Positions 41,853 to 51,159 of a stretch of 64,000 nucleotides of DNA are shown piece by piece. Under the pieces are notes generated by a model, which was not told the DNA's origin, made no database searches, and was given only the letters and a program-made list of their open reading frames with translations. Numbering within the stretch: the first letter of the stretch is position 1; the number at the start of each line of letters is the position of its first letter. Source of the DNA: Barthelona sp. PCE (Eukaryota). The stretch is from positions 744,001 through 808,000 of the forward strand of contig JAUFOR010000001.1 of assembly GCA_040285745.1 (NCBI GenBank). Direction: 5' to 3'. The translations under genes and the position numbers were made by a program.

Positions 41853-43739
41853 TTACCATTTGTTAATCATTAGACGATCGGCCTCATTTGTCCTGTGTTG
41901 CTGGACGTCATCCACCTCTTCTTCCTGACTCTGTACATAGTTCAATTTTGTTGCAAGAAGTCCAACAGTATTGTTCCAATACTTTGACTGAAGAGCGTAC
42001 ATGTCGTAATTTTCTTCAATGTTATTCTTCTTTGTCCTCAGTTCCCTGGTCTCCATCTCTGTCCTCTTTGCATATTTCTCTAGTTTTTCAGGGAAATTTG
42101 TGATTACTTCCAATGCAGTCTGCTTCACTTCCTGTAATTCATGTAAAATATTCAAAAAATGGAAAGAAGATTCAACCTGCTGACTCTCAGTAAGATCAGT
42201 ACGCACATCATCCAACATCTCATCACCGAGAATGGATTCAAAAACTTGTTCTCTTTGCTTAATATCATTCAGCAGACTGCTCTCTTCTTGTTTAAGACGC
42301 TTCAATTCATCCTTGTATGGCATGATATCGTCCTCCTTTGACTTAATCTTATCTCTTAATTCTTGTACAATAAATGTAAGCTGCTGCAATTTTTCCACTT
42401 TCTCCTCATCAACTCTGTTCTTTACCAACGTCTGCTGTTTGATATGATCCATATCTGACCGATCACCCAATCTGTCCCTCAGATGCTGGTCAGCATTAGG
42501 CACTATCGAACGCAATGTATCCAATGTACCATCCAAAACTGATAGTTCGTTATCTGTAACGGTTTTTTGATGCTTAACTGCATGGTACCTTTTAGTATTC
42601 TCGGATGCATATTTCTTCAGCTCTTGTAATTCCTGTTGTAAAGTAACAGTTGAACCACTATCATTTTGCAACTTCTTCTCAGCCATTGACAATTTACCAA
42701 CAACCTGATCGATCTGTCTGTCAAGCTTCTCAATCTTCTGAGTGAGCGTTGCGTCGTGCTTTTTAAGGGTATTCAACTGTTGATGTTGCTCAGAATTAAT
42801 ACTATGACTGGATACGCTGTTCTGTAACTGACGAATCTCTTGCATCAATGCTTCCACCGTACCATCTGTTGCGTTACTAGCAACCTTCTCCACATGCTCT
42901 TTATCAATGGTCTTCTGTCTTAATTCGCCCTCTTTTAACAGCATTTGTTCAACGTCATCACTTAGATCTTTCATCACAATGAGGGGAATAACTTCTTCCA
43001 TTTGATATGTCTTCAGCTTCTCACTAATACCATCCAAAAAGTCTTCCTGCAACTTTAACTTCGATCGTTCATTGCTTAAAACATCCTCGTATTTCTGTCG
43101 AGAATGAGTCAACTCCTCAAACTGTGAGCACAGGCCAATCAAATCTTGATTGATTCCTAATTGGTTGAGCTCTTTTGTTGAGTTCTCAACAACAACAGAC
43201 TGGTGTTCTATAGCATCGTTACGCACAGATATTGCATCCTGAACCTCAATTAAATTAACATGCTTGCTTTCAAGGTCAACGTACTGTGTGCGCAAGTCCT
43301 TAAATTCTGTTTGTAGCTCCTGAATCTGCTCCATGAGCTCTGCAAAATTGGGATCATGAATGTATTGTGGAGGAACTTCAATCTTTCTGAAATATTGGTG
43401 CTCATAAACAGTTTCTTTCAAGTCCTCTGCGTTGTTCAACAGGAACACAAGGATGTCCATGACAGTTTCCTTTGGTGTTTCTGGTGATATACTAAGAGAG
43501 GTCTGTGATTTATGCTGATACCCGCATATCTTGAGGAAATTCTGTAAAATACCCGATCTCTCCTCTCCGCTTGCGTGTTCAAGTATCTGGTGGTAATCCT
43601 CTGAGATGTTCTTAACTATTTCTAGGACATACAACAGAAGCTGATCTGTTTCCTGTGTGTCTAGCTCTACTAGGGTCAGCCCAAAGTGCTTACTCACGAT
43701 TGCGTATCCCTGAAGCGTTTCTTCCCCGTCAAAATTCAT
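41853..43739 (-). CDS. IFT81: Intraflagellar transport protein 81
   Basis: N-terminal CH-like domain (LTLVELD...QLL, FLKICGY, LVFLLNNAEDLK, KIEVPPQY) then long coiled coils; ends in DRLMI. Confidence 0.85.
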   Translation of the reverse strand: MNFDGEETLQGYAIVSKHFGLTLVELDTQETDQLLLYVLEIVKNISEDYHQILEHASGEERSGILQNFLKICGYQHKSQTSLSISPETPKETVMDILVFLLNNAEDLKETVYEHQYFRKIEVPPQYIHDPNFAELMEQIQELQTEFKDLRTQYVDLESKHVNLIEVQDAISVRNDAIEHQSVVVENSTKELNQLGINQDLIGLCSQFEELTHSRQKYEDVLSNERSKLKLQEDFLDGISEKLKTYQMEEVIPLIVMKDLSDDVEQMLLKEGELRQKTIDKEHVEKVASNATDGTVEALMQEIRQLQNSVSSHSINSEQHQQLNTLKKHDATLTQKIEKLDRQIDQVVGKLSMAEKKLQNDSGSTVTLQQELQELKKYASENTKRYHAVKHQKTVTDNELSVLDGTLDTLRSIVPNADQHLRDRLGDRSDMDHIKQQTLVKNRVDEEKVEKLQQLTFIVQELRDKIKSKEDDIMPYKDELKRLKQEESSLLNDIKQREQVFESILGDEMLDDVRTDLTESQQVESSFHFLNILHELQEVKQTALEVITNFPEKLEKYAKRTEMETRELRTKKNNIEENYDMYALQSKYWNNTVGLLATKLNYVQSQEEEVDDVQQHRTNEADRLMINKW

Positions 43740-43893
43740 GGGCGCGCTTTTAGAAAAGGATATAAATGGTATAACGTGTTTAAAGCTTCCTTTGGTGTGC
43801 CAACGGGGAAACAGCCCCAGGGAATACCATGCGGCTGTTGTAAAAACATGCTTGAATTAGCTACTACGTTTCGCTTTTTAACAACCTTATCGA

Positions 43894-45196
43894 ATGTCTT
43901 CCGATAAAATTCCGTTTCTACCTGGCCTGACACAGCACCAGGACCCCTTAGTATGTTTGGTTTTATCTCTATGTTTGAAATTCGTGGGGATTGAGAATTT
44001 CACTTGAATTGTCTAACACTTAGAAGCGTTCACACAACCTGAAGCACACATTTGATTTCAAAAATGGCATTCCCATTGATAGAGTTACCCTAAATGGTGC
44101 AGCACTTGAAGAAATTGAACCTATGCGTGATACCAGATTTGATCATAAGGAAGCCGAGCGTGCTAAGGGCTTAGAAAAGTCATTTGAGCCCCACTTTGTT
44201 ACCTATAATAATGCAGTTTTACGTTTCCACGCTCAAATTGTTGAAATGATTGATAACAAGCCAGAATTGCGTAAATTTTTTATTGATTTCCATCTTGAGG
44301 ATGAGATGACATCCATCTACGAACCCAAACGTACAAATTCCGGTATGATGCAAGGTACTTTCTTGCGCAAGGGTAAGTACCTTAACTGGACTGAGTTAAA
44401 GGTAGATTCTGAGGTAACCCTCTTCGGCAGGACGTTCTATGTCTACGGTTGCGATGAGTTTACCCGTAACTTCTATGAATCTGTTGGTTTAAGTCAAAAC
44501 GCTGACGTTGATGTGGATGAGAAGCCCATTGAAGAAGTTATTGAACGCCCCACTGTCAGTAAGAGCGATGATAAGCGCGGTCTCTTCTTAAAGAACGATC
44601 GTAAGGTCCTTCGCTTCTGGTTGACATGGGATACAACTAAGGAACCTTTTGGTCGCCTTCGTCATTTTACTCTTCATTATTTCCTTGCTGATAAGACTAC
44701 TGAAGTCTATGAGAATGAAGAGGATGGCTCTTTGCCCTTTTTACGCAAGAATGTCTTACTGCAACCAGAAGATATTCGAACTGGTGAGACCGTCAATGTT
44801 TTTGGCCGTATTATGCAAGTTCATTATTGCGACGCTTTCACACATCAATGGTATCTTGAGAACATGCAACTTGAACAAGAAATGCCTCCAGTTGAACAAG
44901 AAGAGGAAAATACAATTGAGCAAGTCGACGAGAAGAACAGACGCGAATTTACTTGGCGTTTTACTGCTGTTCTTGAGCAAGAACCAGATCGTAACTTTGT
45001 CATTCATCTCTTTACTGATGATAAGATTTCTATCTTCGAAGTTGCCGAGCGAAACAGCGGCTACGTTGGAGGTAAGTTTTTGGAAAGGTATACTGGTGCT
45101 ATTGAAGGTGAATTAAAGATTGGTGAGAAGGTTGTAATTAACTCTTTTACCTTTATATTAGTTGATGCTGATCAAAAGACATTAGAAGTTTTGTAA
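43894..45196 (+). CDS. EFHC1: EFHC1/Rib72 axonemal DM10-domain protein, 2 exons (43894-43950, 44024-45196), 409 aa
   Basis: Spliced N-terminus IPFLPGLTQHQDPL|KRSH...FDFKNG matches the EFHC1 LPFLPG...YRNG block. Three DM10 repeats (VLRF, NSGMMQGTFL, RNSGYVGGKFL). Confidence 0.9.
43951..44023 (+). other. Spliceosomal intron, 73 nt (EFHC1)
   Basis: GTATGT...TCTAACACTTAG; phase-0 removal restores the conserved N-terminus. Confidence 0.92.
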
Positions 45197-45318
45197 AATG
45201 TAATATTTTTGTTAACATTCTTTATTCAAGTAATAAATTTATTCAAGACAGTTAAAATGAATAGAAAGGTCTCCTCTTTACATAAAAAGTGTCTCGAACT
45301 CAGATGCGGTAAGCAAGC

Positions 45319-45893
45319 TTAAAGAGCAATGGTGGAGAACTTCTGAACGGCAGGCCAGATGGCGTGAGCCTCCTTGCCGACGGGACCAGTGATGTTGGTA
45401 CCCTTCATTTCACCCTTGATGTTAACAATGACACCAGCGTTATCTTGGAAATAATACCAAGAACCGGTAATACGACGGAACATCTTGCGCTGACGGACGA
45501 TGACAGCGGGCATAACCTTCTTACGCAGTTCGTAGTCACCAGCCTTGACGGTAGCAAGGACACAATCACCAACAGAAGCAGCAGGGAGTCTGTTAAGACG
45601 GCCCTGAATTGCGTTAACGGCGATAATGTAAAGATTTAAAGCTCCAGAGTTGCAAGCACAGTTGATCAAGGAACAAACTTGAACACCGAAAGTCATTCTG
45701 TATTTAAGGCCAGTTGCGCCACCTCTAGCTAAATGTTAACATGGGACAAGTGTAAGGAACAGTATTTTGGAGATATAAAAGCATGATAAGAAGCTGATTT
45801 CCAAAGAACTCGTATAAAGTTCTTTTCGTCAACAAATATACTTCGGATAGCCTCCAAGACACGTCTTAAGGTCTTCATACCACGCTTAGACAT
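45319..45893 (-). CDS. RPL23: 60S ribosomal protein L23 (uL14), 2 exons (45881-45893, 45319-45728), 140 aa
   Basis: Spliced product [17 protein letters not shown]...GRLNRLPAA...[16 protein letters not shown]...[13 protein letters not shown]. Confidence 0.97.
45729..45880 (-). other. Spliceosomal intron, 152 nt (RPL23), internally base-paired
   Basis: GTATGA...GTTAACATTTAG; removal gives a full-length 140-aa uL14. Confidence 0.95.
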
Positions 45894-46640
45894 GATTCTT
45901 TATGTGATGAAAAGGAAAGAAATTAAAAGGAGGTAGAATGAAAACACAAATAATTTACATTGGGTTGAGACGTTATGGTGGCGAATACATTGCACTACAG
46001 CACAATAAAAAATGTATAACGCTTTAGAACAAAAGTTTGAAAAAATTCCCGACTTTAGTACTTATTGCAATTGTTTCCAAGTTATTATCAACATGGGTTG
46101 ACCGAAATATTGCTTGTCAAATGAACAAACTGTTGCGAACAGAGACAAAAAAGGTATATCAGGCAAATCGACTATACTTGCTATTTATTAATAAAACACA
46201 TTTGATTTCGACACTAATGCCAATATAAGATCACACTCACAACCAAAGTTTCACATAAGACTTTCTCTAAATGGTGAAACATGGATGTAAATCACATATG
46301 TTCAATGTTTCTATGCGGGCTTATCTGAGTATATCAATACAACACACAGTTCATAAAAAAACAAAACAGCATGTAAAAGTGCATTTCAAAAAAATCCCTT
46401 AATGTAAACGAATTTGTTAAAGTTCAAATTGTAAAAAACCATGGGTAAATAATCAATTGTCCCCATAAAAGCAACTAAAAACACATAAAAACAAGAAGAT
46501 TCACAAAAAAAAAAACTAAACTTCATTCAAAACAATATAAACCCAAATTCAATTCTCAATTCAGCTGCTTTAGCTTACAAAATCATCCAGCAACTGCAAA
46601 GAATAATAAAAACATTGCGATAAACTTCCTTTTTCAAATT

Positions 46641-46684
46641 GTATGTTCTTCAAGATTTTGTCTTCAGTTCACACTTACATTTAG
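46641..46684 (+). other. Probable 5'-UTR intron of RPSA, 44 nt
   Basis: GTATGT...ACTTACATTTAG, with the same length class and 3' spacing as the other introns; ends 21 nt before the ATG. No reading-frame test is possible. Confidence 0.75.
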
Positions 46685-46705
46685 TTCAACCGTAACATTC
46701 TGAAA

Positions 46706-47503
46706 ATGTCCATCAACCCCGTTGACATCTATGCTCCTTCTGATGACGATCTCCAACGTCTTTTGCTTTGTGAAGTCCACTTAGGTGCTCGCAAGCTCGT
46801 TAAGACCATGGAGCCTTACGTCTTCAAGCGTCAAGATGCTGGTAACTACATCATCGATCTTGGCTGGACTTGGCAGAAGATTCAGCTCGCTGCACGCATG
46901 CTCGCTGCTGTTGAGCGTCCCGAGGATATCTGTGTTGTTGCTTCTTCCGAGTACGCCCAGCGTGCCGCTATGAAGTTCAGCAAGTACACCAACGCTACTT
47001 CTATCACTTCCCGTTTCACTCCTGGTTGTCTTACTAACCAAGAGCAGAAGCGTTTCATCGAGCCCCGTGTTGTCATCATTGCCGATCCCCAGGCTGATCA
47101 CCAGGCTATCCGTGAAACTTCTTATGTTAACATCCCCGTTATCTCTCTTTGTAACACTGATTCCCCCACTCGCTTCGTCGATTGTGCTATTCCTTGTAAC
47201 AACCGTTCCAAGAACGCTATTGCCCTCCTCTTCTGGCTTCTTGCTCGTGAGGTTCTTCGCATGCGTTCTGAACTTTCTCGTGAGGAGGATTTCGTTCTTG
47301 TTGATCTTTTCATCTACCGTGATCCTGATGCCGTCATCGAGCCTGAGCAAACCGCTGAGGAGACTGCTGAGGAAGGTGAAGTTGAAGGCTGGGGCCAAGA
47401 CGATGCCAACTGGAGCGCCGAGGCTACTGCTGCCAACACTTGGGAAGGCCCTGAGAACACCTGGGAAGCCACCGAGGATACCGCTTGGACTACTGAAGCC
47501 TAA
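46706..47503 (+). CDS. RPSA: 40S ribosomal protein SA (uS2)
   Basis: VHLGA, TWQKIQLAAR, RFTPGCLTNQ, EPRVVIIADP..DHQAIRE, AIPCNN, WLLAREVLRMR, DLFIYRDP. Confidence 0.98.
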   Translation: MSINPVDIYAPSDDDLQRLLLCEVHLGARKLVKTMEPYVFKRQDAGNYIIDLGWTWQKIQLAARMLAAVERPEDICVVASSEYAQRAAMKFSKYTNATSITSRFTPGCLTNQEQKRFIEPRVVIIADPQADHQAIRETSYVNIPVISLCNTDSPTRFVDCAIPCNNRSKNAIALLFWLLAREVLRMRSELSREEDFVLVDLFIYRDPDAVIEPEQTAEETAEEGEVEGWGQDDANWSAEATAANTWEGPENTWEATEDTAWTTEA

Positions 47504-47578
47504 TTTAAGACACTAATAAAATAGTTGTTTTTTCATAATTCCCCCTTTTTCGTTGTTATAAGGTGACAATTTCTTGTT

Positions 47579-49072
47579 ATGACAACTGATGTTCGGTTTT
47601 TAGTTTATTCATCGACCAAACCAGGTCAAAAAGTGTGTCTAGTAGGCAATTGTCCCATTTTGGGTAACTGGTCCTTAGAATCAGGTGTCAAGTTGCGCTT
47701 CAACCAGACCCTGAAAGCCCACGAATGCCATGTTGTTTTACGCATTGGGCAAGAGTTGCAATATAGATATATTGTCATTGATCGTAACAATGACGTTTTA
47801 CAGACAGAAGATGATTATCCCAAGGAGTACCGCACAGTATACATAGGTGAGGATACACAGGATAATTCTTATAGATGCTTGACGATACACGAACAATTCA
47901 ACACCACCAAAAAGTTCAAACTTGATTTTAGGTATGTATCTCAAAAAGTAACAGGGGAAAAGAAGCAAATCCGACCTGAGAAAGATGCCACTATTGAAGT
48001 ACAAGTTGAGCATGCAGAGGGAAATGATGAAACAAGCTTTTATGATAAGTTTGACAGAAACATCATTCATAGTGAACGTATTAAGGCGTTGACAGCTGAG
48101 GAGCGTGAGTTTGTTTTCAAAGAGGAGCGTAGAAGATTGCGTAAACTTACTAGGAAACAGAAACGGTTAAACGCTGCTATGAATCGAGCGCCAAAATTCA
48201 AGGAGACGGCCGATAAGAAGAAAACACCTGAACATATGCTCCCTAAACCTGTTGATGAAGTTATGGTAAAGCCTGATAAGTCCACATTGGACCATATGAA
48301 GGAGCAAAATATTCCTAAAGAGCTCAAGGCACCCCCTAAGATTGCCTTCAGAAAAAATGTTCCCAGATTAAAGCAAAAAGAGTATAATACAACTAATAAC
48401 GGTCTTGTTGATTCTATTCTTGCCAAACATGAGATACGCAACAGCAACATTGTCGAAGTAGATGCTGATAGCGAACATGAAGATGAAGAACCAAGTTTTA
48501 ACGTACCTTCAGGGCCCCTATTCATGAAGCCTAAGCTTGAAGAGGAGTTACCGCCATTTAAAATTATGAACACTTTCTCAGAAGATGCTGATGCAGAGAT
48601 AGTTAAACCAGACACGTTAAAGAATGAGGAAAAAGTTTTTAGTGGTTATCAATTTGCTCAATTACTGTCGAATAGTAAGTCGAATTCGTACACCAGTTTA
48701 GCTTTTCCATCTGATTCAGAAAAGAGTGATTCAGATATTGAAGTACCTCGAAAACACAATCTTGGTTTTATTAATAAGACACCATCCCCAAAAATTTCAA
48801 AAAAACGTTTTCAAGTACAAGACAGTGAGGATGATATTCTGGCATCTGTACGTAATAGTCGTCGTAATAGTCGCAATATAAGTCACAGAAATTCTGCAAA
48901 ACAGCCTAAAGTAGATCCTAACTTTGAGTTAATTAAGGACATGGTCTCTACATCGAACAAATCACTGATTTATAAGATTGATGACAAATTACCAATGTTT
49001 CATATATTCATGATTACACTACTTGCTGTATGTTTCTTAATTATTCTTTTCCTTCTTTCTCGTAATCAGTAA
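47579..49072 (+). CDS. CBM20 (starch/glycogen-binding-like) domain protein with C-terminal TM anchor
   Basis: TKPGQKVCLVGNCPILGNW...LQYRYIV (CBM20), disordered middle, C-terminal hydrophobic helix IFMITLLAVCFLIILFLL. Confidence 0.82.
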   Translation: MTTDVRFLVYSSTKPGQKVCLVGNCPILGNWSLESGVKLRFNQTLKAHECHVVLRIGQELQYRYIVIDRNNDVLQTEDDYPKEYRTVYIGEDTQDNSYRCLTIHEQFNTTKKFKLDFRYVSQKVTGEKKQIRPEKDATIEVQVEHAEGNDETSFYDKFDRNIIHSERIKALTAEEREFVFKEERRRLRKLTRKQKRLNAAMNRAPKFKETADKKKTPEHMLPKPVDEVMVKPDKSTLDHMKEQNIPKELKAPPKIAFRKNVPRLKQKEYNTTNNGLVDSILAKHEIRNSNIVEVDADSEHEDEEPSFNVPSGPLFMKPKLEEELPPFKIMNTFSEDADAEIVKPDTLKNEEKVFSGYQFAQLLSNSKSNSYTSLAFPSDSEKSDSDIEVPRKHNLGFINKTPSPKISKKRFQVQDSEDDILASVRNSRRNSRNISHRNSAKQPKVDPNFELIKDMVSTSNKSLIYKIDDKLPMFHIFMITLLAVCFLIILFLLSRNQ

Positions 49073-49118
49073 CAGTGAGTAGATAGTAAAAAAATAACAT
49101 TAAAATTCATATAAAATA

Positions 49119-50969
49119 TTAAACTTTCAAGATTAAACCATGATGATGGGTGATGTCTGCTTTGGCTAAAAATTGTTGAATATTCACTCTATATTTCTCA
49201 CATTCCCAATGATCTTCGCGATCGTCCATGTAAACTTTTTCGTATATGAGCTCATAATCCAAAACATTAACAGTTAGCAAAAAAAAAGAATTCAACGCTA
49301 CACTTTGAAAATGTTTACGTAATGGATCTACAATGAATGGGGTGTTACAATTGACTAAATTAACCCTCCCATTGTAATGAAAGACTTCATCATAAATCAT
49401 AAAGTAATCTTTGCTCAAAAAAACTGCAATGTCAGATTGAGCTCCATAATAACCGAATTCAAAGCGATGGAATTCTGTTAACATTGTGTCATAATCAATA
49501 ACGAGTAATCCAGCGTCCCACTCCAATCCATTAGTGTACGCAACAATAAAAAGACTGGGGTGATAAGGGTTATGCCGTATAAAAGCAATATTGTCAACAA
49601 CACTACTTATCTCAATGGATCTTACTGGTTGATCGGCTCCAAATACCCATATCACACAGTCTTTATGTCGTGATAAAATTGCTACACGATCATACATCAC
49701 AACATCAATGATTTTTGTTGCAGAATCGCCAAAACATGAACTTGCTGTGGTATGTCTGAGCGCCACAGTTCCATATTCGTTTCCCTCGACCAAACGATAA
49801 CTGCTAGACGGATATTCATCAGATCGAATAACATCACCAGTCTCAAAATCAACAACCTGAATGAAATTGCCTTGGAGTTGAACGTATGAGGTCTCATGCA
49901 CTCTGTGAAGTACAGGTCCTTGATTGGACCCATCATATTGAGGATCTCCTGTAAATATGTGTACTGAATTACTCCACGGAAGAATGCAAACAGCATGACC
50001 AAAAGATAAACTCATTGGAATACCAAAAAAACTTTCAAAATACATAAATTTCGTTATGGTCCATAGAGTGTTTGGTGAGCAATCACGAAAACTCAATGAA
50101 GAAGCATATCTACCATTGAAATCAACCAATTTCGATCCTATCTGCAGTTTTCTGCCTTCTTGTTTGTTGCTCACTTCACAATGAAACCCATTACGTGACA
50201 TTTTAACACATGCTCCCACCAAGCTAAAAATATACATTGTGTTATTGGAAAATACTGCGCTCTCCACCACAATATCAAGTGTTAAATGGACTGGGTCAAC
50301 GTACAATGTTGGCTCATTGTCTTCATTAAACCCTACGTAACATACAGTTCCATCCATCATTATTAAAACATCCTCTAAAAATGAATGACCGTATATTGGA
50401 CTGATACTCTTAACATTTGTTGAATCGAGATCCGGTGGATAATTGACAGGCGTGACGACAAATATATCATCCACCACATCTACAATAACATGCGATCCTT
50501 TAAATAAGAGATGTGGAAGATTTGCCATACTATTACTGTAACATAGTTCTTTGAAACCCTCGTGAACGACGTGGTGCGGTGAGTCTATCCGCTTATGGTG
50601 TAAGGAACCGTTTTGGAAGTACAGCAAGTATTTTCCTCGAATAACTCCGAAAACTGTCTGAAAACCTATTTCACCAACAGATGTGCTGTGCTCGAGCTCA
50701 AGATTATCGTTTTTAGTGCTAAAAAACTTCCACTCTATTACAGCATTCACATCTTCCCTCTTCCTCATTCTATACATTGATGAGTAAAATACTGGTTTTA
50801 AATGTGCAAAATCCTCAGAATAATCCAGTTCATCAATCGGATTACTGATACATGCAAAAGGTTGAAAAGATGCAAAAAAATTTGTTGATTCCAGTGTGTA
50901 AAACATGCCTCCCTCGTGGGGTTCAAGTCTAAACGGGTACTTACATTCAACTGCACAAAGTCTAGGCAT
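49119..50969 (-). CDS. Lineage-specific beta-rich family protein (616 aa), paralog of 25530-27479
   Basis: Starts MPRL; HNPYHPSLFIV motif; similar length and composition to the 650-aa ORF. Confidence 0.72.
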   Translation of the reverse strand: MPRLCAVECKYPFRLEPHEGGMFYTLESTNFFASFQPFACISNPIDELDYSEDFAHLKPVFYSSMYRMRKREDVNAVIEWKFFSTKNDNLELEHSTSVGEIGFQTVFGVIRGKYLLYFQNGSLHHKRIDSPHHVVHEGFKELCYSNSMANLPHLLFKGSHVIVDVVDDIFVVTPVNYPPDLDSTNVKSISPIYGHSFLEDVLIMMDGTVCYVGFNEDNEPTLYVDPVHLTLDIVVESAVFSNNTMYIFSLVGACVKMSRNGFHCEVSNKQEGRKLQIGSKLVDFNGRYASSLSFRDCSPNTLWTITKFMYFESFFGIPMSLSFGHAVCILPWSNSVHIFTGDPQYDGSNQGPVLHRVHETSYVQLQGNFIQVVDFETGDVIRSDEYPSSSYRLVEGNEYGTVALRHTTASSCFGDSATKIIDVVMYDRVAILSRHKDCVIWVFGADQPVRSIEISSVVDNIAFIRHNPYHPSLFIVAYTNGLEWDAGLLVIDYDTMLTEFHRFEFGYYGAQSDIAVFLSKDYFMIYDEVFHYNGRVNLVNCNTPFIVDPLRKHFQSVALNSFFLLTVNVLDYELIYEKVYMDDREDHWECEKYRVNIQQFLAKADITHHHGLILKV

Positions 50970-51159
50970 AGATTTGGTTGGTTAAGAATGTATTTATGAT
51001 AATGACTAGATGAAGAAACGACACAATGTAAACACTGTTTACAGGAATTTCAATTCATGGTGATGCATTCTTTTTTTGATTTCATTAAAATATCACATCT
51101 CAAAAAAGAACTGACCTCTATTCAATTGAACATCAGTAATACTTTGTCAAAAAAACACT

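Noticed and set aside
43798-43813. RFX X-box between IFT81 and EFHC1
   Set aside because: Poor match to the X-box palindrome, and not seen in the CFAP70/IFT56 spacer.
43736-43933. 65-aa minus ORF upstream of IFT81
   Set aside because: GTG start, overlaps EFHC1 exon 1 on the other strand; IFT81 already looks complete from 43739.
46781-47516. Antisense and shifted ORFs over RPSA (also 51466-52170, 48067-48615 and many within the 2412-aa gene)
   Set aside because: Fully nested in confident genes and explained by codon usage.
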